From contig BDGG01000003.1 of the NCBI GenBank assembly GCA_001949185.1, positions 2,235,663 to 2,299,662 of the forward strand: a stretch of 64,000 bases of DNA, read 5' to 3'. Shown here piece by piece: positions 11,057 through 24,144 of the stretch (its first letter is position 1; each line of letters begins with the position of its first letter). The position numbers and the translations under genes are program-made. The notes below the pieces were generated by a model. That model worked only from the letters and a program-made list of their open reading frames with translations, did not search any database and was not told where the DNA came from. The stretch comes from Ramazzottius varieornatus. Lineage: Eukaryota > Animalia > Tardigrada.

Positions 11057-14000
11057 ATGCAGTCGAGGAATACCGCTGATAAGCAATTGACAGCAGCCAT
11101 GGGAAAACTAGTGCTGAGAGCCACGTCTAGTCTGGATGAACCAACGGAAAACAGTTCTCGAATCGTCTTGTCCGCTGCCGCTGACAACGTTACCGCGGAT
11201 TTCGTATTTGAGTCGCCCCGGATAGCGAAAAAGACCAATGTGGACCCTGAGCTGGCAGGAAGTTCGGAGGTCCATGTCGACAAGCTGATGCGCAAGCCTT
11301 CGAGTCGCAGAACCATTCGGAGAAGAACCCTGAAGATCTCGAGGGAGACCGATGGCCGCCAGTTTAGGTTGGAGCAGTTCAACTGGCTCAAAACGGTGGG
11401 TAAGTACTCCCATTACGACATTTTTCCAACGGCATGCTCAGCCATGCTTCATGCACCTGCATACATTGCACTGTGCATTACGTGCGAGGTGAAGTATGCG
11501 GGTGCTTCAGACAATTTCCTCTCGCTTACCGGCCTCCATTTTGAAAATTTCATGGCACCTTTCTTCTTCAATCAAGAATTTATTCTGGAGCTACATACAG
11601 GGAAAAACGTTTATGAGCGGCTTTCCGAACTATCACAGTTTTCACCGGCTTTTTTTCCAAGGGAGAGTTCCGAGCTGTTCGAGTAACTCAATGTCAAAAA
11701 GTTACGTAGAATACGTTTCTTGTCCTCGATCTTGTCAGTTGCTCGTCCTCTGTCAACGTGTAGCAAATGTACATTGATTCACAGAGCAGACAAGCTCTTC
11801 TTCCGCCAGAATTTCCTTACGATCGTCTAGACCAGAGCAACGAAAGACCGGAGGAAGGGTTCATTTCAGCCCTACGTACGGCGAACTTTGTTCCAATCTT
11901 CTGAATATGATCGTAGGAACCGGCACCTTTGGACGTGTTGTTTTGTGCGAAGACTCAGCTGTCAAAGATGATACCACTCCCAAGTATTTCGCCATGAAGA
12001 TTTTACGAATACGCGACGTACTGCGGTTGAAGCAAGTGGAACATATCAATAACGAAAAGAGTATTCTGGAGGTACAGTACCCAGGATTGTTCCTACTCGT
12101 TAAACAACGATTAGCGCATTGACGAGATCATAAAACGAATGTGGCTTTCAACGTTTCCGTCTTTTTTTTGCAGCGATTGAATCACCCCTTCATCGTTAAC
12201 TTGTAAGTATTCCATACTTCTGAAAGACAGTTGGCCAGAAAGAATGAGTCGGCCACCCGTGAATTCACCCGTAAGACTATGACGTCACCGCGGCGTGAGA
12301 GATTTAGGGGTAGCCGACTTAACTGACATGGCCGATTCGCCGACCGTGCGGCGGAACTTCTTAATGGCTCTTCTGTCATTGATGGCATCACATCTGTCCT
12401 GCAGCTGTCAAATCAAGTGTCCGCATCTGTCGTCTGGTGAAACATGTCCTTGTCTTTCCCCACAGGTTCTGGACGAAACATGACACGTCAAATTTATACA
12501 TGCTGTTAGAGTACGCACCAGGTGGCGAACTCTTTTCGTACCTGCGATCGGTCCGCCGCTTCTCATCAGGGACCGCCATGTTCTACGCGGCGGAAATCAT
12601 CCTCGCTCTTGAGTACCTGCATGAACGTTCCATAGTATACCGAGACCTCAAACCAGAGAACCTTCTACTCGATGCGGAAGGCCATATCAAAGTGACCGAC
12701 TTTGGGTTCGCCAAAGAAATTAATGAGAGGTACCATTCAAGATCATTTCCCATCGAAACAACCATTTTCATCCTGCCCATGATGATGTAATAACAATTTC
12801 CGTAATAACCAGGATTTTCTAATCACGAATGACTGTCTAGCGTCTTGTTGTTGTGTGCCACTAAAGTAACTTCCCTGAAACCTCATCCCCTCCCTCAAGC
12901 ATGGACGCCTGCGCCACACCCGTAACACGATCCTCGTAAGTCCCTTGACCTTAACACGCTGTGAGTCATACCCATGTTTTCTGTAATGTAATTTTATGTT
13001 TTGATGTCGAATAACTCAATTATCGTTCCTTTAGAATTGCCTACACTTTGTGTGGGACGCCTGATTACTTGGCCCCAGAGATCATTCTGGGTCGTGGTTA
13101 CAACAAGGGCGTGGACTATTGGGCTTTCGGCATTCTGTGCTACGAGATGCTAGTCGGGCATCCGCCCTTCTTCTCCGACAACCCCATGGGAATCTACGAG
13201 AAGATTCTCGACGGGTTGGTGCGCTGGCCAAAAACCATGGACCTCGTCGCGAAGTAAGGCTTTTTTCTGGCTGATAATATTAGTACCAATTTTTGTTACA
13301 CATCCAAGCTTTAGTGCGTGTCATTTCACAGAGACCTGATAAAAAAACTGCTGGCGGGTGATAGGACCAAAAGGCTCGGTTGTATGAAGGTGCGAGTGTT
13401 CTAAAAGCCTTTCAAAGACAAAAACAGTGAAATGTTCCAACAGGATTTCTCGTTTCTGTTTTGTAGGAAGGGGTCGGGGAGATCAAGTCCCATAAATGGT
13501 TCCGCCCAATCAACTGGACTAGCTGCTACGAGCGTAAACTTGAGGTAAGCAAGTTTTGCCAAGGCTAAATTTACCTTCGCTAAATGGATAAACAACAGTA
13601 AATTACATAAAGCACGATGTCGACAACTCGTCGCTCGTTGAGAAAATATCAATAACCGAAACAAAAATGTACATGCGACCATTAGACTTACTAATGGCTT
13701 CAAAAACTGCCTATAAATTTTCCTGTCGCAGTTGTCGAATGAACGATTCTACACTGCCTTTTGGGTTGCGAACTCATTCTCCTCAAGATATCGTTTATTG
13801 GAATGGTGAAGTTTCTTCGAGGCGTGGCCAGACTTTGACTTTCCTTGAGTCTCATTTACTGCCGTTACAATTATATTGGACGTCTGCAAATGAACTGAAC
13901 ATAATCGTTCTATCAAGCGGCGCACATTTTTATTGTTTTTGGCCGGAAGTGTGCGCCACTGTGGATAACGATTACGTTCAAGTCATTAACCGACGTCCCA

Positions 14001-14152
14001 CATTATGTTTTTTTTTGTCGTTTTAGCCGCCGTACGTACCGAAAGTTTCCCATCCCGGTGATGCGCGCAACTTTGACGACTACCCGGAAGACTGGTCGGA
14101 CACTGACTCTTCCGTGACGGAAGACCAGCTCGCCATCTTTCAGGATTTTTAG
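11057..14152 (+). CDS. PRKX: cAMP-dependent protein kinase catalytic subunit, PRKX/PKA-C3 type, multi-exon
   Basis: LKTVG|[75 protein letters not shown]-tail [21 protein letters not shown]...FQDF*. True start uncertain. Confidence 0.88.
13902..13974. repeat. IR25 element (spacer 13926-13950), kinase last intron
   Basis: taatcgttctatcaagcggcgcac-[25]-gtgcgccactgtggataacgatta. Confidence 0.8.
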
Positions 14153-15087
14153 TGCTGCCGAGGTCGCAGTAGCCATTAAGCATCTCAGGTTCCATTGACG
14201 ATCATCAAAGCACCAGTGTATTTCCGCACTTCTATTAAAAGCATAAAGTAATGTCTCCTTAATGCTTCTTCAGCGCCGATCTAGCAAAAGAGATAATGTC
14301 GCATTTTTGTAGCCTGCGCTGATCCGACTGTGATTTATTACGCGAGCATTTCTCTTTAACGAGCCCGTATATTTTCATCTTTTGGTCAAAGTCAAAGTGC
14401 AAGAATGTCGCTCCGGCGTCTGTATTGATCTTGGCTCGCTTTGCCGAGAACCCGCCCGCATCATTCTTTTTCTTCCTCATCAGCGCATATGCAATTACTG
14501 GATCACACGTTACCCTACAGGAAATAGACTTGTTTCTAACAACTGCGGCTAACATAATCAAATATTTACGCCCTCTGTGCGAAAGCTGTCAAGATGAATT
14601 CAAACTAGACCACTCATGCGACTTCAAGCTTTGCTATGCTAATTAAGATAGCACTAATCCACCATCTAGCGTAAGCTGGCATGCAGTTTGTAATTCCAAA
14701 GCAGGAACCTAGCTCGCTAGACTTGGCAGCACGTGCTCATCATCTTTTCGAGTAGACCAGCTAGAAGTCGAAGAGCCGTCAAAGCTCGTATCATGGTCAA
14801 CACATAAGAAAGATGGCATACCAATACATTGATACAACCTTACGGTGCTGGTCAAGCACATGAAATGTTCCTGGCTGTAAGTGCTAACGATCCAATAAAA
14901 AAGTGATCTGTACGATCACCAAACGTGATAAAATAAACTTGACATCTCAAACACTACAAGTCTCCTCGCCGCATTGTTGGGACCGCACGGCGCCAACTTG
15001 GTTGAAAGTCTCGGTTTGAAAGAGCCGCAGAACATCCGCACGTTGTACGGTTCCTCCTTTTTTGAGTTTCTTTCTCGTGGGAAGAAA

Positions 15088-16954
15088 ATGAGGCTGCCAA
15101 GTGACAGAATGTGTACAGCATGGATTTCGATAGTGGCGGTTTTACTGTACTGTTCTGGTGCTATCGATGGTCAAGGTAAGTGTTTCATAATCCCGTCATA
15201 AAAACCTGATTGAGAACCTGATTGAGCCTTTCACCGAATAGAACCCCTTTATCGGGAGAAGTATGGACTTCAAAGCTCCAGTTCTGGTCGACATTCGACT
15301 GTGCATTCTTTCACAGGTAGCTGCGAAAACGGTGGGTTTTGCATGGACGCATCGATCTGCGCGCAGCTGGGTTCGGCCGGGCGACCTTCCGCTTTATGCT
15401 CGACGGCAGCTGGTCAGCCTAGCCTGGTCTGCTGCTTCTTTTCCCTGGACAACCCTATCACCGAACCAACACAGAACCCTTTACTCACTACGATGGCCAA
15501 CCCACTGTTCGAAACAGTCGACCCATTCCCCTCCACGACCTTTAACCCCTTTGCCACCAGCCAGCGCGTCATCTCCGACGGTCCTCTTTCTCCCCTCGGA
15601 GGTAGCTGTGGCCGAGTGAGCGGTCTCCGAAGCGAAAGCTTCGGCTTTGCCTTTGTCGGCTCCAGCTCCGCATCTGTCGGAGCCGGTCTTCCCGTTGCGG
15701 ACCCTAACCTGTTCGACCTTGTCGGCATCAGCGTCGAAGCCAAGGAAGACGCAAACAAGGTGGTCAATGTCAGTATGCGCGGCGATGAGCGGTCTTTGAA
15801 AAAGAGCAATCGCGTAAAACGAATCGTCGGTGGGGACTTTTCCTCAAGTAACGACTTGTGCTATCAAGTGGCCATTCTACAAGGAGATACCCTGATTTCA
15901 ACGGGCGCTCTGATCTCTAACGACTTCGTCATTTCGACCTACAGTCCACTCGTGCCCTTGACCGGAAGTAACGCAAACGGTCGAGGTCTCCGCGTGATCT
16001 TAGGCGGGCCGAATGCTATATCGAGTGTCCTGCAGGGCAGTACTGCGGATGTCTATCCTGTGACCCAAGTCTTCCCGGTCCCAGCATTCATCCAGAAAAC
16101 AGCGTTGGGATATCCGTCGAGCGACATGGCTTTGTTGAGGTTCAACAGGGACAATGCCTCGCTGGACACCAGTCGTGTTTGCGCGATATGCTTGCCTCCA
16201 CGCCCACTGTCCCAAGAGGATTGTCAAAAGGTCTTTGTTAGCGGATATGGCACAACCAGTGAAAGTAAGTCAAAAATCTCTAAGGTGGCACATGAGCAGA
16301 TAATTGACAAGATGGTTTTCTGAAGTCGCGCATACTTTCAGCCAATCACAATGGGCATGTGCGCCACTTGACGTCACAATCTGGCTCAAGTCGTTTGCTT
16401 CCGTTTCATCATCTTTACTGTTTTTAACTTTTGTTTGAATAGGTGCAGCCACTACGGACAGCAAATTACGCAGAATCGGTGTTACGCTGATTCCGACTGC
16501 TGTTTGCGATAATGTGTTCCGCGCAGCCTTCAGGAGCCAAAGCTTCCGGTTAGATGCTAGCTCCTTGTGCGCAGGTGGCGAACCGGGACGCGATACGTGC
16601 ACTGTAAGTGAACGGAACTGTCTACTGTGTTATAGTTTAGACTGATACTTACCGCCGATTTATTTGTTCGCAGAAAGATGGTGGCGCTCCCCTGTAAGAT
16701 AGTCCAAACTCATCCGATATACGAGAGTATAATCGGATCCGACCTTTCTGCGCCTTCGCTACAAGTAATTTCATTTTACGTTTGGCAGGGTATGTGAAAC
16801 TTTCGGCGCAGGCAATGCCGGCAGTCGATACCTCCTAGGTATCTCGAGCTGGGGCTTCGGTTGTGGGAGAGCCGGGTACCCGGGAGTGTACACTAACACC
16901 AGCTCCAACGCCATGGCGACTTTCATCAGAACCACTGCTGGATTAACTATCTGA
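15088..16954 (+). CDS. Secreted clip-type serine protease homologue (masquerade/PPAF-like), non-catalytic
   Basis: Signal-peptide exon, Cys-rich N-terminal module ending in VCC, RVKR-IVGG, DMALLR, CAGGEPGRDTC, SWGFGCG...PGVYT. Catalytic His motif reads ISTYSP and Ser motif reads KDGGAP. Confidence 0.85.
16306..16371. repeat. IR25 element (spacer 16334-16358), protease-homologue intron
   Basis: gacaagatggttttctgaagtcgcgcat-[25]-gtgcgccacttga. Confidence 0.78.
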
Positions 16955-17866
16955 AATTTGACTTTGCGTCGGTCAGAGTCTCTCCATATGACCTGCAAAA
17001 ATCATAGCAGTAAATTTCTGCAAAAAATCTGGGGGACTTCTGTAATTATTCGACCTCACATGCTGCATAAAGATTAAAGATGACTGTCGGGTCCAAGTGA
17101 AATCGTAGTGAAATAGTATCCCCGCACAACAAAATCACAAATACAGAACAACTATAAGTTAGGAATTTGTAAAAATAAAAAATTGGTGATACCACACAGA
17201 AAAACTAGCAGACCTTCTGAAGCAAGATTCATGGACCAGCTACTGTACAATACACGCATTTGCCCTTTTGTTCGCGCTCTCTGCAAGCAGCTTGTCGTGA
17301 CACGGATCGACTTTGGTTCACCCTCTCGTCTCGTTTCATTATTCTTGCCGTTTGGCATCAGAGAAACGTTTCGCGTATGGCGTTCCTGGGCATAGGTAGC
17401 TTCTTTATTTCTCACAACAGCCTTCGGAGGTTTTGGGCGGTCCATCTGTGGTAGACCAATCCCACCTGAAATTACAGTAGTCTGCACTTTTTTGCTGAAT
17501 CGCTGATGCGCTTTCTGTCTTAACACATCGACAACGCTAGCAATCAGTCTGCATGTCCACATACCGATAGCATTCTACTTGTCCGCACACTTCTCCGGGT
17601 CGAAGTTCCGTACAAGGGCGGGAACCGGACATCCCCATCTCCTAACCGGATACGCACACTTCCATACTACCTTATTGGATCCTGACCAACGGTAACTAGT
17701 GGTGAAGAATTTTCATCTGAATACTTCATCAGTCCTGGAGCTATCGCACGCAATATAATTGTGTAGACTTCGATGAACAGTCATGGGTAAACATGGGAGC
17801 ACAAGCAGGAAATTTGTCAACAGTTTAATGGCTTGTAACAGCGGTATCATTACACAGAGGGTTGTA

Positions 17867-19795
17867 CAGTCCACTCGTTCGAAATGTACTCCTATTTTTT
17901 CGATTTCTATTTGCCACCAGCCAAATCTTTATCGAAGAGCTTGCCAAAAACAGAAGGAAGTAACGTCAGAGACTGCCCGCAGTCAATTCTAAAAGAAAAC
18001 GACTACTTATTTTCCACCATCTGGAAGGCGCCAGATTTTCGGAAACAATCTCGAATGGTCCTACTGTCAACTTCAGATCATCCCTTCATTATCCACTTAA
18101 CCGAATGGAGAACAGTAGTGACTTCTTGTATTCAACGAGATTCTGGAAGTTCTTTCGGTTTTCTCGCCGATGCTCGGCCTTGGCAGCGCTTTCATGTACC
18201 TGGAAGACCTTGATGGTGCCCTGGTCCAACGGTTGGATCCTACTGGTTTGGTTCGGAGGTAGGTAAACGAGCCTCACATGAGACAGATTATCGACGTTAT
18301 GTCCTGATGCGTTGTCCAACAGGAGTAAAATTTTACGATTTTGCTTCTCCGTTCTTTCGTTCAGCTCCTTCAACCAAGGAGTGAAAACCGCTTTCGTCAT
18401 CCAAGCTTTCGTGTTGTTCGCCCAGGTGAAGCCTGCCTTCTTAAAATCAAGCGTAGCTTTTGTAAAAGTTCGCGGCTTCTTGGGTCGACCAATGATAAGG
18501 GGAGGAATCTTTTCTCCTGGGGCACTGCAGCAGAACATCACCGAGATACGCTCCGTAGCTTTCTTCGACCCTTTCATCCTTTGTCCAACCTTTAGAAGCG
18601 TTTTTCGTGGTGTAGAGCGAAGATAGCTACCAGTTTCATCGCAGTTAAAGATGTCGGCGTTCTTTTATCCTTGAAGAATCTCCGGCAAATCTTCGGTTAT
18701 CTACTTCTCTGCAACTTCCGGATCGCTCCCCATTTCTTCCCCTACAAGTATACCCTGATTAATAACTCAGACTAAGCATCAGACAGCTTACCAATTGTAG
18801 TGAAGTCTTACCTTGTAGACCCACCGTCTGCAACTGATTGCTTCTGAGAACGTTAGCAACCCATCCAGCACTGCCACAGAAGTTCTGTACTTTCAAGTAG
18901 TTCGCCAGAAGCTTGGATTCTTCTTGGAGATCCGTAAAAGAAACAGGGAATCCCTTCTGTACAGAATCTTCATGGTACTTCATCGCTGCGTTTGCAACGA
19001 TATCGAACTTCCGTTTTCTGGATACGAAGCTTTTCCCAGGGGTGCTCTCAGGTAGAGCGAGGATCTTCTCCCGCTGCTTGTTCATGTTTGAAATCGTCCG
19101 TATGGAACGGATATTGAACATCGCCATAACTTCCTTCCTTTTCATCTACAAAGAAAGGTCGATAGGATTTGGGAACTTTGCAAACAGAACGTGGAACATC
19201 CGTTTTCACACTGGCGCACGTTTCCATTATTATTGGCTGGTGTGGTGCGCAACTCAAGATAATCGTGCAAGAGTGGACGGTTTTACCTGTAACGGGTACA
19301 GTTCCAATATGTTCCGCTTTTCCTCCAACGTTGGTCTACCGTGGGTCCTTCCTCGACGAGCAACATTCGATCCGATGGTTGGAGCAGAAACAGACGCCAT
19401 CTCGGTCGTAAGTAAGTCAAGTTCTCGGGAAAGAAGGATACAGCGGTCGCAGATCTTCACCGGAAGTAGCTTTCGCTGTTCGCTGTTTATCCGTAGGATA
19501 TGCTCCATCAGGATTCCCTTCTGTCGAACGAAGCCTTAATCCGTTCTCAAATTCGTCCTTGAAAACCTTCCCAAGATAATGGAACGAGACGAAAACGTTG
19601 CTTAAATTCTTTCAAACGCTACATGACCGACGGAACGTGCGTAAAATTTGCGCACCAAGTTGCTGCTGTCAGTGAACAATCAATCAATGATTTGACAGCA
19701 ATTTTCGGTCACCAACGGCAGGCCCTTCTGTGTTTTGGCTGAATTTACGGCCTTGAAATCGAAAAAATAGGAGTACATTTCGAACGAGTGGACTG
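17867..19795 (-). mobile_element. pogo/Tigger-type DNA transposon, 1929 bp, perfect 41-bp TIRs, TA target duplication, defective intron-containing transposase
   Basis: TIR CAGTCCACTCGTTCGAAATGTACTCCTATTTTTTCGATTTC identical at both ends; TA at 17865-66 and 19796-97; CENP-B-like HTH (TLEEKRNIL...), GSAGW, IFNCDETG, LLLLDNASGH, IQPLDQG; in-frame TAG and TAA before the DETG motif. Confidence 0.93.
19198..19266. repeat. IR25 element (spacer 19220-19244) inside the first transposase intron
   Basis: atccgttttcacactggcgcac-[25]-gtgcgcaactcaagataatcg. Confidence 0.75.
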
Positions 19796-21590
19796 TACTA
19801 CGAGTAGATCAAGCCAAGCAGATGTAGTTTGTTTCCTCTTGGCGAGAAACGGCTTGAGTTTAGGTCCCATATAACAACAGCGGTGTATTAGAGTCAGATT
19901 ACAAATGAACCAACTATTAATATAACAGTAAGAGCAAAAACAGAAGTCTTGAGGGACTGCAACAATAGCGCTTAGTTTTACTGAGATCCAGAGACGCTCG
20001 TACGGCCCGCTGTTAAAGACGGTGTTGGTCGAATGTGGAAGTTTGCAGCCAAACTTTGGCCTAGCGAATCTTGGTGACCTTCAGCTAGTTCTGAAGTCAT
20101 GAATTTAAAAAGAAACATGGACCGAAGCTAAGCCAATATCATACCACAAACAGATAAGTACTAGAACTCACGCACACAAAAATAAAAATATCCAGTGGTC
20201 AAGAAGAGCGAATATTTCGGAACTCCATGGCGAGTTACTGGTCATCCTCCATTTGGGCGTAGTGCTGGGGGAAGTCGAGAGGTAAAACAAGCTACGTGAC
20301 CCCGTACTAAAGCAGCCAGCATCAAGCACAGAGCATACCGTATTTTCGTCAAGCTGATGTCCTCAAACTCTACGATTCCGATCCGTCAGGTAGCAGTTGA
20401 GTATGCGATTACCGAGAGTCATTGGCAGAGTCGTTTGTGGTTACGAATGTCCACTTTGGCCGAATCAATGTCATTTGCCATCGTAAAGCGCATTCGTACG
20501 GCAAGGCCTCCGAATGTCAGCAGAAGAAGTGCCAGTACGTATTTGGACCGTCCCCAACCTCTCGATTCCCCCTTTCCAAGGTCTCCTCATCAGCATCGTC
20601 GTCAGCCAACACCGTCAGCATCAGATCTTCAGACTCACCCCTGCCAGTAATCGGTAACAGCTGGGCAACGAGACCACCGGAAGGCATGCATTTTCAGCAC
20701 TGTATTGTCCCGCCTGCGGTCCTCAAACACTGGAAGTTGTCGCGATATGGTTGCTTGCATTGGTGGGTGTTTCCCAGTTTTATCCTCTTGGTTTGTCAGT
20801 CACGAAGTTTGCTCAAAGAGTGGCAGGAAATATCTGAGACACGAAGCAGGTACATGTTTCCACACTCGAAGGTTTACTGCATCTTTGCCGGAGAAGCAAG
20901 CGCGTGACCAGCCAAGCAGAATGCTCGAATGGCAGTAGGGAGAAGGGGCGATTGGTCCTCAAAGCTTTCAGTATCTTCACAGAATACAGATTGCCTTTTT
21001 CTTTCGGTATTTCGGCTGCCACCCTAGGTGCAAGCGCCGGACGGACAATACCTCCAGGACCAGAAAAACTCTGCTGCGCGTCCTTACCCAACGTGAATTA
21101 TATGAATGACAGACGTTTCACTTTTTTCTTCGATAACTCCTTGCATGTTCTCGTGAAGCAGAATTGGTGATCTCCGGTAAGGAAGCGGATGGGGATGTAC
21201 AGTTCTTCTGGCTTGCGTGTAGGAATAGAGCTAACCGTTAGGGTCAATAATGGACTGCAAGAGCGACGCCGGCAGCGGTATTTCTTTAGCTGTTGTTTGA
21301 GATCGATATGCGCTTCCAGGTGCGGTTCGAGAAGGTAATCAGCAAGCCAATGATTTCTTTTTCGATAGGGCTACAATATAATTAGACCGTAATATCCCAA
21401 GATCCATCTACACGGGAAAATCTCCGAACATACGGGAGGCATCGTACTTTACCATTCTTCGCGCGACACAGCAGTACAGCAAAACAGCCATAAATCATCT
21501 TCACCTGGTAAAAAACGCAACAGCATCCGAAAGCAAACTCTTGGAAATGAGAATAAAAATACTAAAATTTCATATTCTGATTACTGAGGA

Positions 21591-23774
21591 CTAAGAGAAT
21601 TTTCTGTGTGATGCAAAGAGCTGCCGTACAGCAAACGCGATGGTTGCGTTCCACGAAACGCCACCTATCTGCTCTGACCAAGTATCTCTGTTCGATAGGG
21701 ATAGCTGCCTAGCTAGAAGTTCGTCCAGCGGCATGGACAGCTGCTGGTCTCCCGGCTGGTTTATGACTCCAGCCGGAAGTGGGACGGACTGTGAGAAGCA
21801 GTGAAGAAGTGCACCTTTTGAGGGATCACTCAACACCACACAAGTGCAAGCGTACCACCTGCAACGACAACAGCGGAAGATTGAAAACTGGTACTAACTT
21901 ATGCATGAGCAACCTTGACTGACGTACGTTTCAGGCATGAGTTCGACAACGAAAGGTTCCACAGCCAGCAAAGGCGTGGACTGTAGCTGCGGGTTAGATT
22001 GAGCCAGTTGTAATGTGGACGTGGCTACGGTGAGGGCATTTGCGAAGCCTATCTGCTGTTTATGACCAGGAGCTGCACCGGACCGGGAGTAGATGTGGGT
22101 GCTGCGGTAGGAGAACTCCACACCGGAACTGATGGCGTCCATAATGTTCAGCTCGTTGCCAATGTAGAAGAGGGTCAGTTCTCCACCAGCTGCACCTGCC
22201 GGAGACCCTTCTACGATGAAAACACAAAACCTTTCCAGTGACAAGAATGCTGGGAAAACTTTTTATGTAAACCAAGGAGAGAAAGGAAAGATTTGGGGAG
22301 CTGGGGCAAACAGAACGTACATGACCTTCACCTCAAGTGGCGCACGTCCACATTGATATTGGCCAGAAGGGTGCGTCGTGTACGTTTTATTTTCTCAGCT
22401 ACTGATTCTCGTGATGTTAAAATGTCTTACCGCTTCCGGCTGCGGAGCTGAACTGCTTCATCTGTGGATCCAGCGTGTTGATCAACCCATACGCGGTACT
22501 CTACAGAGCAACAAGAAATCCATTTAACGTCCTTAAGAACAGATTTAGGATATCGCACAGAACTTTCCTGTGTACTTTGTCGTGTGTAAAAATACCTTGG
22601 CTTTCTCGGTGACGGTTTTGAGCGTATCGAGGGTCGTCGAGGTCCACCACGACACCATGGATTTATTCCCGTGATTTTCTCCTCCGCCTCCACCTCCGTA
22701 GTGTTGTGGTTGCTGGTATACTGGTGGCATAGAGTAGGACTGATTGGACGACGAAGATGGTGTGTTGTAGTCTACAGGAGCATTCGGGACGGTCTGTCCG
22801 TAGACCGGCGGAATCCGCGTATCGATAACCGAATAGGAACCCCTAAAAGAGAAAAGAACAATTCAAAAAAATTTCTAACAGTACTGCAGAGCATAAGAAA
22901 AAATCACGTTAGCACAAGAGGACTTTATCACTTACTCTGATCCAACCGAGCTGTTGGACACACTCGGGCGAACAGGAACTCCTCCCCCGAACTGACTTCC
23001 GCTAACATCAGCCACAGAGACCGCGTTGATCGGCATGATGGAAACGGGATGGGTGACCTGAGCTGATGGAAACCCTCCGAGACTACTGGGCATCGGGGGT
23101 CGGACACCATCTGTCGAAAGAGGCCGGAACCCGGAGAAGGAAGGTAAGTGGCCAGCAGCTGCTTGGCTAGAGTATGGGTTGACACTTCCGGTCAGCGAAG
23201 TACCCGATGTAAGTGGAGGTGGATCATTCCACGGCGCGACTTTCGGTGGATTCGAGTAGGACGGTGGGAGGGAAGAATTCGTCGGCGAAGTTGATGCTGC
23301 GAAGGATGATGGGTTGATACTTGCTCGAGGAGCTAGAGGGACAGGCTGCAGAGGCTGCGTTAACTGAGCAGAAGACTGTAAAGGGGGTAGTTTAGAAATC
23401 AACTCTGAACCGAATATTTCTGTCAAGTCTGCAGGAGTGTTATGCGTGTTTCCAGTTGACGAAGATGATAGTTCTTGTTGATGTGGCTGTAGCGGGCTTT
23501 GGAATCGAGGTGGGAGACTTGGAGGTAAAGTCGAAGGTGGATGCGACGAAGAGACACTCTTATTTGGGATATCCAAAGTCGAACCGGGGAACGCGTAAGA
23601 TGGTTTTTGTCCACTGAGGGTTATGGCTCCTGGTGGAGCAGCGTAGATAGGCGTAGATGAGGCTAACTTCGGTGGGGAAGAGGACGGTGGTGGTGGAGGA
23701 GTGTTCTTAGTAGCGTCTGCCACGAAGTCGAAGGTGGATTCGCCGTTGGAATCGTTGCCTACTTCTTGCATCAT
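21591..23774 (-). CDS. PRRC1: PRRC1 homologue (Pro/Ser-rich N-terminus + C-terminal NTPase_I-T-like domain), multi-exon
   Basis: VTEKAK|STAYGLINTLDPQMKQF, GGELT, QQIGFANAL, AVEPFVVELMPET|WY...VLSDP...FSQSVPLP align by eye with the PRRC1 C-terminal half. Confidence 0.8.
22332..22379. repeat. IR25 element (spacer 22346-22370), PRRC1 intron
   Basis: ctcaagtggcgcac-[25]-gtgcgtcgt; right arm degenerate. Confidence 0.65.
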
Positions 23775-24144
23775 CTTGGTCCAGCTGGCAGATCAACAAG
23801 TAGGAGACAGCAGTTACGGCTGGTGGCAATGTACTACAGGAGAGCAGAAAACAGTTATCCCAGATCGCAAGGGAGGAATATGCAATTAAGTCAGTCGCGG
23901 ATAGACCTTACCTTTGCCGTCACGCTCGCTGTTTACTGGCAAAAACAATCGCGTCTCTCTGCCCAACTCCGTCGGAATATCGGGAGAATCCAGGTAAGGA
24001 GAAGAATGAATGATGGTAGCAGCAACGAAAGTCCATCTGCCACGTTTGAGATCAAATTTGTCTAAAATTAACCGAAAGGTGTTTATTCACTTTGTTGTGA
24101 CTTATGTTCTCGTACAACCAACAGTAGAAAGATAAAATCGTGGT

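Noticed and set aside
11440-11490. Further IR25-like candidates (also near 2731, 10625, 37141, 54890, 60850)
   Set aside because: Arms too degenerate to distinguish from chance; not counted.
12246-12321. 12-bp inverted repeat AGTCGGCCACCC / GGGTAGCCGACT in a kinase intron
   Set aside because: Single short imperfect stem with no TSD or second copy.
17152-17562. 136-aa minus-strand ORF
   Set aside because: No recognisable domain, start context or splice structure.
19800-21500. Short ORFs and coding-like fragments between the first transposon and PRRC1
   Set aside because: Interrupted by stops in all frames with no recognisable motif; possibly decayed gene or TE, unsupported.
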